Positions 1 to 12,704 of a stretch of DNA of 64,000 bases are shown here, piece after piece. The notes beneath the pieces are model-generated. The model saw nothing but the letters and a program-made list of their open reading frames with translations, searched no databases and had not been told where the DNA came from. Positions within the stretch are counted from its first letter, which is position 1; each line of letters opens with the position of its first letter. The DNA is from Callorhinchus milii (Eukaryota): positions 36,148,001 through 36,212,000 of the forward strand of contig NW_024704742.1 of the NCBI RefSeq assembly GCF_018977255.1, in the 5' to 3' direction. A program made the translations under genes and the position numbers.

Positions 1-255
1 AATATAGGAAAATATAAAGCAATTCACTTTGGCAGGAAAAATAAAGAAGATGTCCACAGGTGGTAGGAACACAAGAGGAAGCAGAGATCTGTGGATTCAG
101 ATCCACTAGACTCCAGAAGTAGCTACATAAGTAGATACGGCTATAGGGCTATAATAAAAATAGTGTTTGAGGCTTTATATCCAGAGGGATAGAATATAAA
201 AGTGAGGAGGTGTTGTTGAATTTGTACAAAACCTCGGTTAGACCACATTTGGAGA
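1..255 (+). mobile_element. CR1-type LINE, decayed ORF2 C-terminal fragment
   Basis: 171-254 translates GFISRGIEYKSEEVLLNLYKTSVRPHLE, the typical CR1 post-RT motif (GIEYKS..V...LYK.LVRPHLEY). Confidence 0.85.
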
Positions 256-277
256 CCTGAGTCCAATTAATAATATA

Positions 278-593
278 TAGTAATAATAATCCTTGCATTT
301 GATATAGTGCTTTTCACGTCGGGCGGACGTCCCAAAGTGCTTCACAGAACACACTGTAAAGTGAATTGACTGTGTATTTGTGGGCGAACACGGCAGCCAA
401 TTGCGCACAGCAATGTCCCACAAACAGTCATAGATTGAAAATGACCAATTTATTATTGTTTTTGGTTTTGGAGGGATTATTATTAGGCGTGTGGAGTAAG
501 GAAACTTGCCCAAGGTTTCGCCCTGCCTGGAATTGAACTCAGGTCTCTCGCTTGCAAAGCGAGTGCTCTAACCACTGAACTACAGGACTCCAC
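278..593 (-). mobile_element. Young tRNA-Ala-derived SINE, subfamily A, full length
   Basis: Minus strand: tRNA-like head with A box, CTCGC-TTTGCAA-GCGAG anticodon arm and B box; Deu-like TTTGTGGGACATTGCTGTGCGCAATTGGCTGCC; L2-like tail ending (TTA)n; near-identical to 47274-47595. Confidence 0.95.
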
Positions 594-1371
594 AATTCTG
601 ATCGCCACACGATAAGAAGGATATAGCAGAGCCACGAGTGCTACTGAATCAGAGGTAAGAGAGTTCCTGTACTGAATCAGGCTTTCATATTTTGCCAACT
701 TTCAAAAATCTTACTTCCCAAATATCATGTAACAACAGAACACTAGACTTTTACCCAGTTATTCTTTTCAAAAAGCCATAGGATATTGTGGTCCATTTCA
801 TAAGTATACTGACCCAAAATAAATGCTATTGTTTATCAAGGTAACTAACATTGGTGGTCCATACACACAAAATTTTATGCAGCTACCATTACTTTAAACA
901 TCACTTACAGGCACAACAACTCAAAAGATATTATTGTCTGCCAAAATTGGCAAGTACTAAATGAAGCTTGGAATGAAAGGTCACCAAAATAATCCTAAAT
1001 ATCTAAAAAACGTTAAGTAGTTTGAGAAATATGCAAGTTTGGTATCTGGTTGGAGGTTCGTGGTTTGTGGTTGTTGTCTTCCAAGAGCTATTTGGAAAGA
1101 AAAGTAATCCCTGCTGGATGACAAACTACAAAACTGCAGGACCAATGCAACGCTCCATCTGCAATCAGTATCCCAAGAGCTGTAAAAAAAAACTCAGTAG
1201 ATAGGAACACAGGAACAGGAAAAGGCCATTTGATATATTGAGCCCAGCCCGCTACAGACCATTCCTTGGCCCACCAAGGGAAAAATTTTCCCGTCCAAAT
1301 ATTTTTCTAATTTTCTCCCATTGGCGTACACTGGTCTGGCCTGCTCTTCCTGGAATGTGGTTCCAGGACAC

Positions 1372-1660
1372 TGGCCATGAATGAGCCATGGCAGTGAGGA
1401 CCAGCAGGCTATGTGACTGTCGAGGGCATCTCAGACCAAGCCTGATCTCTCTTCACCCAGTTGCCACACATGCACAACCAGTACAAAGTGCTGTGGAAAG
1501 ACCAGGAGTAGAAACTGTCTGATTTTTCCCTCACTAACCCTAGGAAAGCCAATGTGAGCCTATCCTTGCAGCCCCAGCAATCTCAGCATAAAGCAGGATT
1601 CAAACCAATGAGTGCCTCGTTCGCAGACAGCAGCTCTATCCACTGCACCATCAGGGATGC
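1372..1660 (-). mobile_element. Old tRNA-derived SINE (second family)
   Basis: Minus strand begins GATGGTGCAGTGG (A box) ... GGTTTGAATCC (B box); body similar to 23520-23700. Confidence 0.6.
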
Positions 1661-2409
1661 CCCGCTCTTTGAATGGTTTAAAGTGGCTGAAGCCACTCTG
1701 TGGTGTAGTTCTGAGTGAACCACACCATTAGATCTGCGGCATTATGTCATTTCAAAATAGCCCTACAGGATTTAACATATGGTCCAGTATTAATGTTTCA
1801 ATTTAGCAAACCACTTATGAGGAAAATGTAATTACCACAATCAGTAATATTTATTTGTTCCACTGTGTATTTGATGTCACTCTCTCTTGGTTTTCAAACC
1901 CTCTTTTATAAACTATGCGTTCCTAAAGCAGTGACGTAATGGGAGTACTAATAATGTGATTGAGCTATGGAGGGGAAAATTCTGCTCTTGATCACTATCT
2001 ACTGACTCCTGATGGACAATATGTACACTGACACAAGGTGAGGAGAGTTTGACTATCTTGCTGATACTATACCCCTTGTTGAAAGATGAGTACATGTGGA
2101 CGTTGGATGAGGACAAACATGGATCAGCTATGATTATCTTCTCATTGTGAAATAAGCTGCCAGCTTTCACAGAAGGAGGGAGGTGATCTTAGGCATGGAC
2201 AATTTGTAGGTACCTTTTGTAGACAGATAGAGAGGAGGTGTGATGAAGAGAGTAAGTGAAAGAGTTCTGGGGATGGGACATAGTGGTTAAAACCTCAGCC
2301 TCTGATGGTGAGGCAGAGGGCGGTGGGAGACGTGCAGTAGACCCAAGTTCACTGATGGAAGGGGTGGACAGAAAAGTGAGCCTCAACAAGATCACAAAGT
2401 TGGGGAGGT

Positions 2410-2715
2410 GCAATTTGGAGGCAAACACAGCAGCCAATTTTCCACACACCAATAACCCACAAACAGCCATGAAGTAAATGAACCAATTTTATTTGAGGGA
2501 TTGTTAGCCAGGCCACTGGGAGAAACTCCCTTCCCTTTGCAAGTAGTGCCATGGGATCTTTAACTTCTACCTGAACAGAGACCTCGGATTAATAGACGAG
2601 ACCTCGGATTAATGTTATCCGAAGGACAACACCTCCCAACAATGAGGTGCACCACCAGCACTGCCATGCAATATCAGCCAAGACTATGTGAGGTTAAAGT
2701 CCTGACAGGCTTAGA
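2410..2715 (-). mobile_element. Old Deu-domain SINE (SacSINE1/AmnSINE1-like)
   Basis: Reverse complement of AAAGATCCCATGGCACTA, GGGAGTTTCTCCC and GCTGTTTGTGGG..AATTGGCTGC; internal duplication of GAGACCTCGGATTAAT. Confidence 0.8.
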
Positions 2716-2767
2716 AGCAGGGAGTTATTAGAATACATGTATTACATGTAATAAAATACATGCATTG

Positions 2768-3006
2768 GGTTGTTAGTCGATTGGTGGATCGCTTTTCTGG
2801 GGGTAATAATTCCTTAAAAAAACCAATAATAATAAATTGGTCACTAAGCCAATCCACAACTGTTTGTGGGACACTGCTGTGCGTAATTGGCTGCCGTGTT
2901 TCGCCCACAAAATATACAGTCAATTCACTTTACAGTATATTCTGTGAGACGTCTCAACGATGTAATAAGATGCTATATCAAATGCAAGGATTATTATTAT
3001 TATTAT
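2768..3006 (+). mobile_element. SINE subfamily B, 5'-truncated
   Basis: GGTTGTTAGTCGATTGG domain, Deu-like core, tail GAGACGTCTCAACGATG..ATCAAATGCAAGGA(TTA)n. Confidence 0.9.
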
Positions 3007-3147
3007 CATGTAGAAATAAAATCCATGTTGTCACCAAGAGAAAACATGTAGGTGAGGAAAAGGAGGGATCCTAGGATAGAGCGAGAGACATGCAGTACAA
3101 ATTGGTGATGATGAGTCAAGTACGATAACATTCGTAGTTTTTTTTCT

Positions 3148-3340
3148 CAGGAACAGAATGAGGTCATTCAGCCCATTGAGCATGTGCTGCCATTTGAATA
3201 GACCATGACAGAATCTGCATTTAAATCCCATTCCCTTCCTTTTCTCCATATCCCTTAACAACCTTCCTTTCCCAAGTACCCATTTCCCTTTTAAACGTCC
3301 CTATAGATTCTGTATTTAGAGCTCTCTGGGGCAGAGCATG
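3148..3340 (-). mobile_element. CR1 LINE 3' end, old
   Basis: AGGAACAG..GAGGTCATTCAGCCCATTGAGC resembles the antisense of a CR1 3' terminus. Confidence 0.6.
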
Positions 3341-3859
3341 CTGACAAAACATGCTGCTTATTTTACGGTGATGTGTCTAAGGAATGGAAGGTGGATTAGA
3401 GCTCAAACCATGAAGAATTTACAGGCAGGATTAATGTGTGCTGAATCAGATTTTTGCCTCTGGTTGTAACTCCAGCATTTATTGCCATTGCCAATATTCT
3501 ACAAGCATGATAAAGCCCATGGCACTATGCAAATTTAGAACAAAATGACTACAGCATTAATATTTCAATTTAGCAAACCACTTAAGAGGGGTAGTTAATC
3601 ATAACAAACAGTAATGTTTATTTCCTCCACTATGTTTTTTTAACATTTTATAGAATTATCCTTTCTCCTAACTGAATTTACGTTTTCTTCTCTCTCACTG
3701 ATGTCTTGACCAAACAAGCAATTGTAGGTGGGTGGATAACCTCGGGCCAGTGACTGGCAAAGAAAAGTCCCATGTCTCTAAAGTGACAATATTGACAACT
3801 TGGGCTAAAACCCATCAATCTGCCCCTGTTGATAAAGAACAATTCTCCATGCTCAGCAT

Positions 3860-4075
3860 TTCAGGACTTTAACACTCCAATGCAATGCTGTGAACATACT
3901 GAATTGTTGAATATGCCATTCTTCAGATGAACTGTTAAACTGAGATTCTGTCTGCCTGTTTAGGTGGATGTTAAAGATACCATACTTCAAAAGAGAAGGG
4001 AGTTTCTCCCTGTGTCCTGGTCAAGCTCCACCCCACCCCCTAAAAAAAATTGGTCATCCACTTTGTCCCCCATTG
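3860..4075 (+). mobile_element. Old Deu-domain SINE fragment
   Basis: TTCAGATG..GTTAAACTGAG..TGTCTGCCTGTTTAGGTGGATGTTAAAGAT..GGGAGTTTCTCC. Confidence 0.75.
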
Positions 4076-4357
4076 TTACCAGCGTGGGGTAAGTTGTGAC
4101 ATTCAGATTTCATACGCTATCTGCAAATTGAGGTTTGCGAATATCAAAAGTTGTTTAATTGCAAATTGGTTAAATCAGCAAAATGGGGATAAAAGGTCAG
4201 GGAGCAAAAAATTGTGTTTTTTTATCTTGTTGCTCATACACTAGTTTTTGGAAATAACATTTGAACATTTGAACAAAATGGAAAGTGCAATTAACGCATC
4301 AGAACTGGTTTGCAAATATGCTAAATTATCTAAAATTGGAAAGAGCAGGGAATTGTA

Positions 4358-4640
4358 CAGAGATGCCCTACTATAATGGGGGAGGGGGATGTCCTTAAAA
4401 AGAATCTGTGTTACAACAGGGACTCCATTATAGTACAGCCATTCGAGATCACTTCCAGTGACATCACCAAGCCCAGCTCCACCTGCCTGCTGTGCATTGC
4501 AAGCCGACCAGTGGGGGCAATTCCAGTAGGCCAATATTTCCAGGGTCACCAAAAATAGACAATGAGTGTACTATTGGACCACCTTGTTACGTTACACTTG
4601 AACCCTGTTATACTGAAGCTGCTACAATGGGCTCATACTG
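4358..4640. mobile_element. Non-autonomous Tc1/mariner (Tigger/pogo-like) DNA transposon
   Basis: TA|CAG...CTG|TA ends with imperfect TIRs (CAGAGATGCCCTACTATAA vs CTACAATGGGCTCATACTG) and internal GTTATA/GTTACA sub-repeats. Confidence 0.55.
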
Positions 4641-5849
4641 TAGCTCCAGCAGAGGAGTTGGCTCTAGCATAGGCTCAATTAAACAAATGGCCTTCTCCTG
4701 TGTTGTTATTTCAGTGATCCTGGCACTGGATGCTAAAACTTGTGAGAGAGCAGCCTGCACTCACTGACCCTCTGGGTTTGCCTCTCTAAGCAGTAAAACA
4801 GCTGCTTTCACTCGATAAACCTGCAAAAGGAAATGTCTGCGATTCTTCATTCTCACGACAGCTGAAACTTCGAATGATAGAGAGAAGACACAAAGTGAAG
4901 AAATTGAAGCTGGGACCTACCCGCTGCTTGGACGTTTGCCTCAGGCCAATGTGGGGCTGACTTCTGGACTGTGGGATAGAAAGTGTAAGAGTTAGCCAAT
5001 CCTGGCACAGGCTGAAGAAAAAAGCGGACACAATATTCCAGCAAGACCTGTCACTGCGAATAAGCAGCAAGCATTCCCGCAACGACAGCTTGACCAAGCT
5101 ACGAAAAAAACTTGCTGCAAAAAGGACAGGCAGGGTTAACAAAACTCTGTAATTAAAAATAAAACTATCCAGGACTCAGTGTCGCTCTGTGTTGACTATA
5201 AATAAAGCAGCTTTATGAACATATCGCATAGTTCCTAGCTTTGCCTCCGCACTAATGAAATGCTTGCAATGGTAAAGCTGTCATCTCTTCAATTTAATTG
5301 GATAGTGCACAGAGCAAAATGATAGTTGCGTGCAAGAGGAATTCTAAATGAGCTCCTGTGTTTCTGTGATTAATGTAGGATCCATTTAGGCAAAGTCTAA
5401 GCTAGACAAAGCCTAAAGGCCATTAACAAGACTATTATGGTCACCTTTGATTACAGATGATGGGGAAAAAAGGATTTACAAGTTCTCAGACTGCGACTAT
5501 ATACAGCCTTTATCATTTGATACAGATGATTCAGACTTTAACCTTTGTGAACCAGCTGAATGCAACACACACTTTTTACACTTACCAAAGAAGTAAAATC
5601 AAACAACTTAGAAAAAAAACACGGCAATGAATTCTCCTAAACAGCAAAATGGTCAGCCATGAATTATAGCTCGAGAGATGTGTGGGGATGAGTGATTCAT
5701 TTCCAAATCAGATAACCCAAATATTTTTTTTCTTTCATTCAGGAACTTTAGTTTTGAATGCATAGTGTTTAGGTTTGCAACAAAATGCACATATTGGGTT
5801 GAAAGGTATGATGTTTTATAACAAATTGATATGATAATTATCATATGCG

Positions 5850-6110
5850 GCAGTGTGACTCAGTTTTGCCTCTGAGTCCGATGGTTATAGGTGCCAAGCC
5901 CATATTGGAAGTTGAGTTCTAAGCTGACACTATAGGGAAATAAGGAGGAGCATTGTCAGAGGGCCATCATTTCAAATGAGATGTTAAACTGAGGTCCGCA
6001 TGCCTATTCGGTTGATGTAAAAGATCCCATGACACTACTTAGAAAGGGAAGCATTTCTCCTGGTGACCTGTTCAACAATCCTCCAGATAAATTGACCATT
6101 CACTTCATAA
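5850..6110 (+). mobile_element. Old Deu-domain SINE
   Basis: CTCTGAGTC head, GCATTGTCAGAGG, GAGATGTTAAACTGAGG, GTAAAAGATCCCATGACACTA. Confidence 0.75.
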
Positions 6111-7549
6111 CTACTGCATTTGGCTAAATATCCACACTAGATTTGACAGTAATACCTTGTGAATAAGAGTTATATAAAATGGATGAATTATTTTGTTGAA
6201 TCTGTTCGGAAACATTAATTTTTCCATTCATTAATATGATCAGTATCTTTTTTTTCACAAATGAATCCAAAACCTGAATGAGAGAAATTCAAATTGACCT
6301 AGATTCCCTGGAATCAGGCACATATGAATCATTTTGCATTTGTGCTGGATTAAAGTGTATCCCAGCTCTTTCAATCACAATATTTAAATGGAAATTTTCC
6401 AGTGGATTTCTCTTCCCTTAACCCTCCTCCTCTGCAACAATGACTGAAACTTGGGCTCAATGCCAGGGTCAGCAGGCCTCTGGCAACTAACACAAATGAC
6501 CAATCTTCAGCTTTTACAGTGAATGTTAGCTGGCTACTCTACCATGAGATCATCACATAGACACCTGGATAGATAGACACAAGAGAACAAAACAAGGTCC
6601 AGATAATCATCAAGTCCACTGTCAGGAGAATCTCCCACTGCACCTTTCCCCACAATTCTCACCTACATATCCCTATTAGTTCTGGTTTCCTGACAAGGCA
6701 AAAAATCAGAACAAACCAAAAAGATGAGTGCAGTTTTGTCCAAACCCACCATACACTTCCTAGCAAGAATCACCAGAGTGTTCAATGCAAGTTGGGTAAA
6801 CTACTTGATTGATATAACTGTACAGGAATAACTTTGCTGACTTCCTCAGTAAGTAACGCTGTAAACCTTTCAATACGGTTCTCTAATGTTGCTTTTAAAT
6901 TGTAGTTCTGGAGGTTTGAAAAACAAATCCACACTGGTGGAATCTCAAGCCTCATTTACATCTCTGTTGCACATCCAGAGAATATTTGTGACAAAATCCT
7001 GTTTCACGCACAAGTGCATCATACAATGAACAACCTGGTCACAGTAATCTTACTATCCATATGCTTATCTACAGCCTATTTCTAAATACAGATCAGAATT
7101 CTTATTCCAGACTGCTCCCTGACTTGGTCCAAATCTTTATCTTCTTTCCTTAATGCCTTCTGATTGTACGAGCAGTGAGAAAGTCTGGTCCATCACTGAC
7201 CTGTCCATAATTATTCCCACAACGTGATTTTGACTGACAGTGGGTCTTTGTTTTTGCGAGTGGATTTGGCAGGTTTAAGATAACACAAAATCAAAAGTTG
7301 GCATTACAATGAAATGAAACATCACATATTAAATGCAGATGTACAGATAAGAGCTGCTTTCATTGGTTCATTTTATTTCCAAATGCTGTAAGATGGTCGT
7401 GGGTTGTTCACTAGTGGGAATACAGATTTTTCAATCCATATTCAAAATGAAAAGTAACATAACAGAGGGGGGGGGGTTCTATCAATTGTCCCAATTACTC
7501 TATTCTACCATTTGAGTTTTTCGATATCTTGGCAGAAGCTCAATTTATG

Positions 7550-7890
7550 TGTTAGTCTGGCTTCTGCTAGCACTTATGCTCCGAGTCAGAAGGTTGTGGG
7601 TTCAGGCCCCACGTTGGGAGTTTGAAATCGTATAATCTAGGCTGACACTCCAATGCACTACTAGGGGGTAAGTTGCATTGTTGGAGTGCGTCCTTCAAAA
7701 CAGACACTAAACCGAGGTCCTGTCTGCCTGTTCAGGTGGAAGTTTCTCCTGGTGTCCTGACCAAATATCATTGATCATTCATTTCATGGCTGTTTGTAGG
7801 ACATCGCTGTGCACAATTTGTCTGGCATGCTCGCCTACAAAATACACAATGACTACATTTTACAGTATACCCTGTAAAGCGTTTTGAAGA
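7550..7890 (+). mobile_element. Old Deu-domain SINE
   Basis: GAGTCAGAAGGTTGTGGGTTCAGGCCCCAC head, TAAACCGAGGTCCTGTCTGCCTGTTCAGGTGG, GCTGTTTGTAGGACATCGCTGTGC. Confidence 0.8.
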
Positions 7891-9627
7891 CATCCTCCTG
7901 GTTGAGCTCACCTGCCTCCCAGATCCAGGTGTGGAAAGTAACATCTGGAGGGGTTAAACCTTCAGTAGAGCCCGGAAGAAAATTACCACAGGATTGAAAC
8001 AAAACCTGTGTTATCATTTTTTAATATATTAACCAAACAAAATGGTTAATCACCAACATTTTATTAAATTAGATGAGGTGTTCCTGATGGAATTATTGCA
8101 GTTTTACTGTTGTCAACCACTTTAATCAATATGCTTTTCTCTCAAGTTCAGCTTAAAATGTGCATTAAATTCAGAGCTACTCTTGAAATTAAACAATAAT
8201 GGATGCATGTATCTAATGTGTCTCGCCAAGTTAGGATCAAGATTGAGAGAACTGAAGGATGAGCTTGTGTCGCAGTGAATACTCAAAATGGGCATCATAT
8301 TATTCAGATTTTGCATATGAATCTAACATTTGCATTACTGTGCCCTACAAATGACACTTGTTTTCCTCACATCAAATTTTTACAGGCCACATATCACTGT
8401 GGCTTATTTGGTTATTAATGAAATCACTATATTACTGTTTCAGTCACATATTCAGCTCAACCATTCCTAATTAAAAGGAAAACAAGCCATGCCCATCCCT
8501 TTTAAGCAATACAATATTGAATACAATACTCACGATCAGCTAAAAATACTGGTCGCAGACTGCTTGAACCCATTGTAAAGTGTTTGAATAAACCACTTCT
8601 AACTGGTCAAACTGTAAGTGGTTTTATGCAGTCACTTTACAATGGAAACATTAATGATATCCACATTGAGCTTGAAAATGCAGCATTTGCAAATGTGGAT
8701 ATCGGTGCACTAATTTCAGTTTGTGGATGAAATTGCATAATTCACAACCGGATTTGATATTACACTGACTTTAAAAAAATTTCAAAGGCTGGACAAAGCC
8801 AGTTTAGGGCCAGCGTTTTGATGTCTGATTTTCTCGTGCCGTTTCTCAGCAGTCTCTGGTTCACAAATGCCATATTTTCAGCCTCAATTCAACCTTGATG
8901 CAACATTCTTGTGGTGCTTAAGAGGCAATGACAATGAAAAAGATTTCATAAATCGAGAATGTGGCATATAGATTATCTCTTTTTGAACATCCCTCTGACT
9001 GTATTACTTGCAACTAACAGCAGGAACCTTAATCTTCATGATTGGAACAAGTGCATGTTCAGATACAAGAGCTTTACTGCCTGTATCTGAGGAACAGTAT
9101 TCCTGAAAAATTTCTGCAATATTTACCACTTTAATTTTCTTCTCTTTACCCTCCTTCCCATACCTTTCTGTTTCTTCTCCCTTATGTTCTTGAAGCTTCA
9201 GGGTGTACAGTATTGACTGATAACCTTATTTCTAAACGCAGAAGCGTTACATGTCAACAGGTGAGTTTTTTAGACTCTTGGTTTGTGTGGCTTCCCAAAT
9301 AATGCAGGGTGAATGGTTCTAAGGGGCAAGACAGTGTAATGGCCCTGTACATAGAGGTCCTGTGGGTGGAGCATTAATGGGGCTTGGTGCTGGACAACAC
9401 AGTCTCAAAGAACCACTGTCTTCTCAAAGCCTTCTTAGAGAGCCAAGGATTATTATTATATCATATTACAACAAATATTTCAACAGTAATGGAAGATACA
9501 TTTTACATTTTTTGAGAAAAGGATTAGAAATTAGCATAACCAACATTCCTGAAGCGAACACCTTCAAAGTACAAAATATTGTCCTGATGATTTCAATATC
9601 CAGCAAACGTCTTAGTGTTAAATACAC

Positions 9628-10135
9628 CAACAATAACAACAACTTGGATTTATATAGCGCTTTCACATGGAGTCTTACCCTGAGCCAGGAGGGGGAGGTG
9701 ATTATAAGCACGATCAAAAAGGACTTTAGGCAGGATTTGAAAGTGGTGTGATGGGAGTAGGCAGTTTGGTGCATTGGAGTATCCGGACAACAGAGTTTTG
9801 AATAAGTTGAATTTTGTGTATGGTGGAGCTGGGGAGACCAGCGAGGAGGGCATTAGAATAGTCCAACCAGGAAGTGACAAAGGCGTGACGAGGGTTTTCC
9901 GCTGCTTTGGTTGTGAGATACGGATGGAGATGAGTAATGTGACGGAAAAAAGCATTCCTGCTCAGGAAACGGATGTGGGGTAGAAACGAAAGCTAGGGAT
10001 CGAACTTGACGCCTAAGTTGTACACGGTGAGTCTGAGGGAGAGCCCGGGGAGGTTGAAGGATTCAGACCCAGAGGAGTGAAGACGTTGATAGGAGCCAAA
10101 GAGTATGGCTTCCATCTTGCCGACATTCTTCTACA
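9628..10135 (-). mobile_element. L2 LINE 3' fragment
   Basis: (AAC)n-CTTGGATTTATATAGCGCTTTCAC antisense tail followed by antisense ORF2 remnant. Confidence 0.75.
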
Positions 10136-10311
10136 GAAATTGAAGATACAAAAACATTTTCCAGCAGAAATGGCACTGTATTTGATCCTATTATCTAAAT
10201 CATTTTGCTTCTTACTCTTGGTCAGTGAATACTTTTTTTATCCAGACTACACCTTTTAGTATCTTGGTGGTTAAAACTGCAATCGTGTTTCAGCCTGTCG
10301 GTGCACCCATG

Positions 10312-10770
10312 GAGCCGCAGAGTTAACTCAGCTCTGTTGGTAGCACTCTCAACGCTTGAGTCAGCAGATAATGGGTTTAAGCCCCATGTTTTGGGGGGAT
10401 GGTTAGCTGGTAAGCGACACATACGGAAACCAATCATCATGCTTTCAGTGTATCCAAACCATATGCGTATTTCTCCTACACATTAAATTTTCTCTGCGTC
10501 TGGAATGGAATTCACATTCTTTCCCTGGAAGAACACATCTCACTTACCTAATTCTGGAGAGCAATGGGTGCTGTTTGGAAAGAGCCAGGGCTTGGGGATC
10601 CCTAAGTGTGTGGTGGAGGTGTGGCTGGAGTTTGACCAGATTAAAACCCATGATTTGCCCTTTAAACTTATAGCCAAGGCTAATGCTCAAGAGCTCTGCA
10701 TTGTCAGAGATGCTGCTGTCCTTCATATGTGATGGTGAACTGGGGTCCCATCTGGCTGTTGAGCTGAAAG
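10312..10770 (+). mobile_element. Old Deu-domain SINE split by a family X insertion
   Basis: Head GTTGGTAGCACTCTC..GAGTCAG..GGGTTTAAGCCCCA ends at ~10388; body CTGCATTGTCAGAGATGCTG resumes after ~10660. Confidence 0.65.
10398..10660 (+). repeat. Family X constant module, copy 1
   Basis: GGTTAGCTGG..GACACATACGGAAACC..TATCCAAA..CTTACCTAATTCTGGA..AGAGCCAGGGCTTGGGG; aligns with 28780-29156. Confidence 0.8.
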
Positions 10771-10983
10771 TCCGAATTGTTTCTGAAACAGTGAAACTGA
10801 TTCTTTCAAGTCAGTAAATTAACAGACCTCAATCAGTTTATAATGTGAAGCACAAAAAGGACATCGTGAATTTCTCCAAAGCAAAGGAAAGAGAGTTGAG
10901 CCAGTTACCCCTGACTATATTCGTGCACTTCTCAGTACTTCAATGGAGCATCACTGGTAAAAGCCTGAGAGAAACTTTGGGAG

Positions 10984-11181
10984 AATTTCCAGCTTGGTCT
11001 AGAATTATGCTATGTTATTATTTCAGAGGGCCAGAATCTTGCAAATATTTAAAGCTGGCTTTCTGCAGGATTTTTTCAGAACTATAGAAAAACAGTTTCA
11101 TTGTAAGATTTCATTTAAGAATTTGCCACTTTGTGCGGATTTGCTGAGAAAATAATGTAAGTCTAGACCAAAATGGAATTT
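10984..11181. mobile_element. Fold-back MITE-like element
   Basis: Terminal IRs AATTTCCAGCTTGGTCTAGA / TCTAGACCAAAATGGAATTT; body shares CATTTAAGAATTTGCCA with 42801-43027. Confidence 0.65.
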
Positions 11182-12542
11182 CTACTTAGGATCTAGCTCC
11201 TATTCTCAGCCAGGACACAAAACAGGGGCAAAGCTACTCCTATCGTGCACTTTATCCACCCACTCCATCTCCTGGGAACATATTCTGTATAGCTATTCTC
11301 TGATTCACAAAGGTAATAAAGTTGACTCCAAAATATCCATCCACCCATCTCTGCATCTCCACTATTCAACTGAGGGCTATCTGCCACAAAAGGCATACAA
11401 GTGGACACATGTATACCAGCACACCATGATTAGTGGTAGATATGGCTGCTGAGTTGAGCGTTATTTCTACCGTGTGTGTATACAAAGAAAGATAATTTTC
11501 TTCGTTCCAATATCTGTGTTGGTGTAAGTGCCAGCAGAACATCTGTAGACCAAAACAAAATAGCATCTGGATATATGTGCACGGTTTATACACTAAATGC
11601 AACAGAGATGATTCTGGATTCCTATTAAGACCGCTCGGGATTTTTGATGATCACACTGGAATCCTGTAAGACCGCCAGACACCTTTCCATAGCAAATTTT
11701 GGCTACCAAATGTGCATGCTGAGATTAGCTCTCATTATTAAAGTGACCAAGCTTCCACTTATCATCGCATCAGGATCCACTCCAACATGAACAGCGTTCA
11801 CGCCATGACATCAAGAGAAATACTTTGTACAGAAAACCTGTTATGACTCCATCCCCTGCTTCTCTCAGCTCACCTTTGAAAGCTCTCTACTTACACTCAG
11901 TTACCCGCCTTGTCGAGGAAATTTAACCTGATACCAGTAACTGGAACCAACACAAGAGACGCTGGATAGACTCCAACTCACCAGCATCATCTGTCACTTA
12001 TGTCAATCCATTGTTAGTAAGTGTAGTACTATGCACTGTGAAATGACTCGGATCAAATCATTACAAGGCATTCATTCTGCATTCAACCAGCTGTGTCTTT
12101 TAGTGGAATTTAGACAGATTATTTACTCCAGTGCAGCAAGCAACAACAGCTCCACTCACTGACCAATGGACCTTAGATCAGCCACAAGCCTTCACGGTAA
12201 ACGTTTCAATTAGGAGTAGGACATCAGTCTATCTAACTTACACTGCCAATTCCCCACAATTCCTTATATGTATCTATGTCTAAATCTAATAACCTTGCAT
12301 CTTTTCAATTGGCACAGGCCTTGTCCAGTTTCAAGCTGTTTACTCTGTGGCTCCATTGGTGCTTGCTCCATCTCCCTGAAGTGACCATTCTTGATTCATG
12401 AGACTGACAGTGTATGTCAGCAGGCTAGTCCAACTACAATTTATTCCTGACGTCTAATCTATTCAGCGCCTTGGGAGGTCCTCCCGACATGAAAGGCGCT
12501 ATACAAATTTTGTGTTGTATTGCAATAATAATAATAATCCTT

Positions 12543-12681
12543 GCAAAACGCAAAATACTGCAGAAGCTGGAAATCTGAAACAAAAACAGAAGTCGCTGGG
12601 AACACTCAGCAGGTCAGGCAGCATCTATGGAGAAAGGAAAGTGAGTCAATGTTTTGGGTCCACGACCTTCATCAGAACTGG
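12543..12681 (-). mobile_element. Penelope-like element terminal repeat with mutated hammerhead
   Basis: Near-identical to 27060-27201; hammerhead reads CTGATGA-AGGTC-GTG-GACCC-AAAAC-ATT (GAAA core lost). Confidence 0.85.
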
Positions 12682-12704
12682 ATATGCTATATCAAATGCA
12701 AGGA

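Noticed and set aside
1913..2410. Possible exon or L2 internal fragment
   Set aside because: No recognisable motif or convincing splice-site pair; left unassigned.
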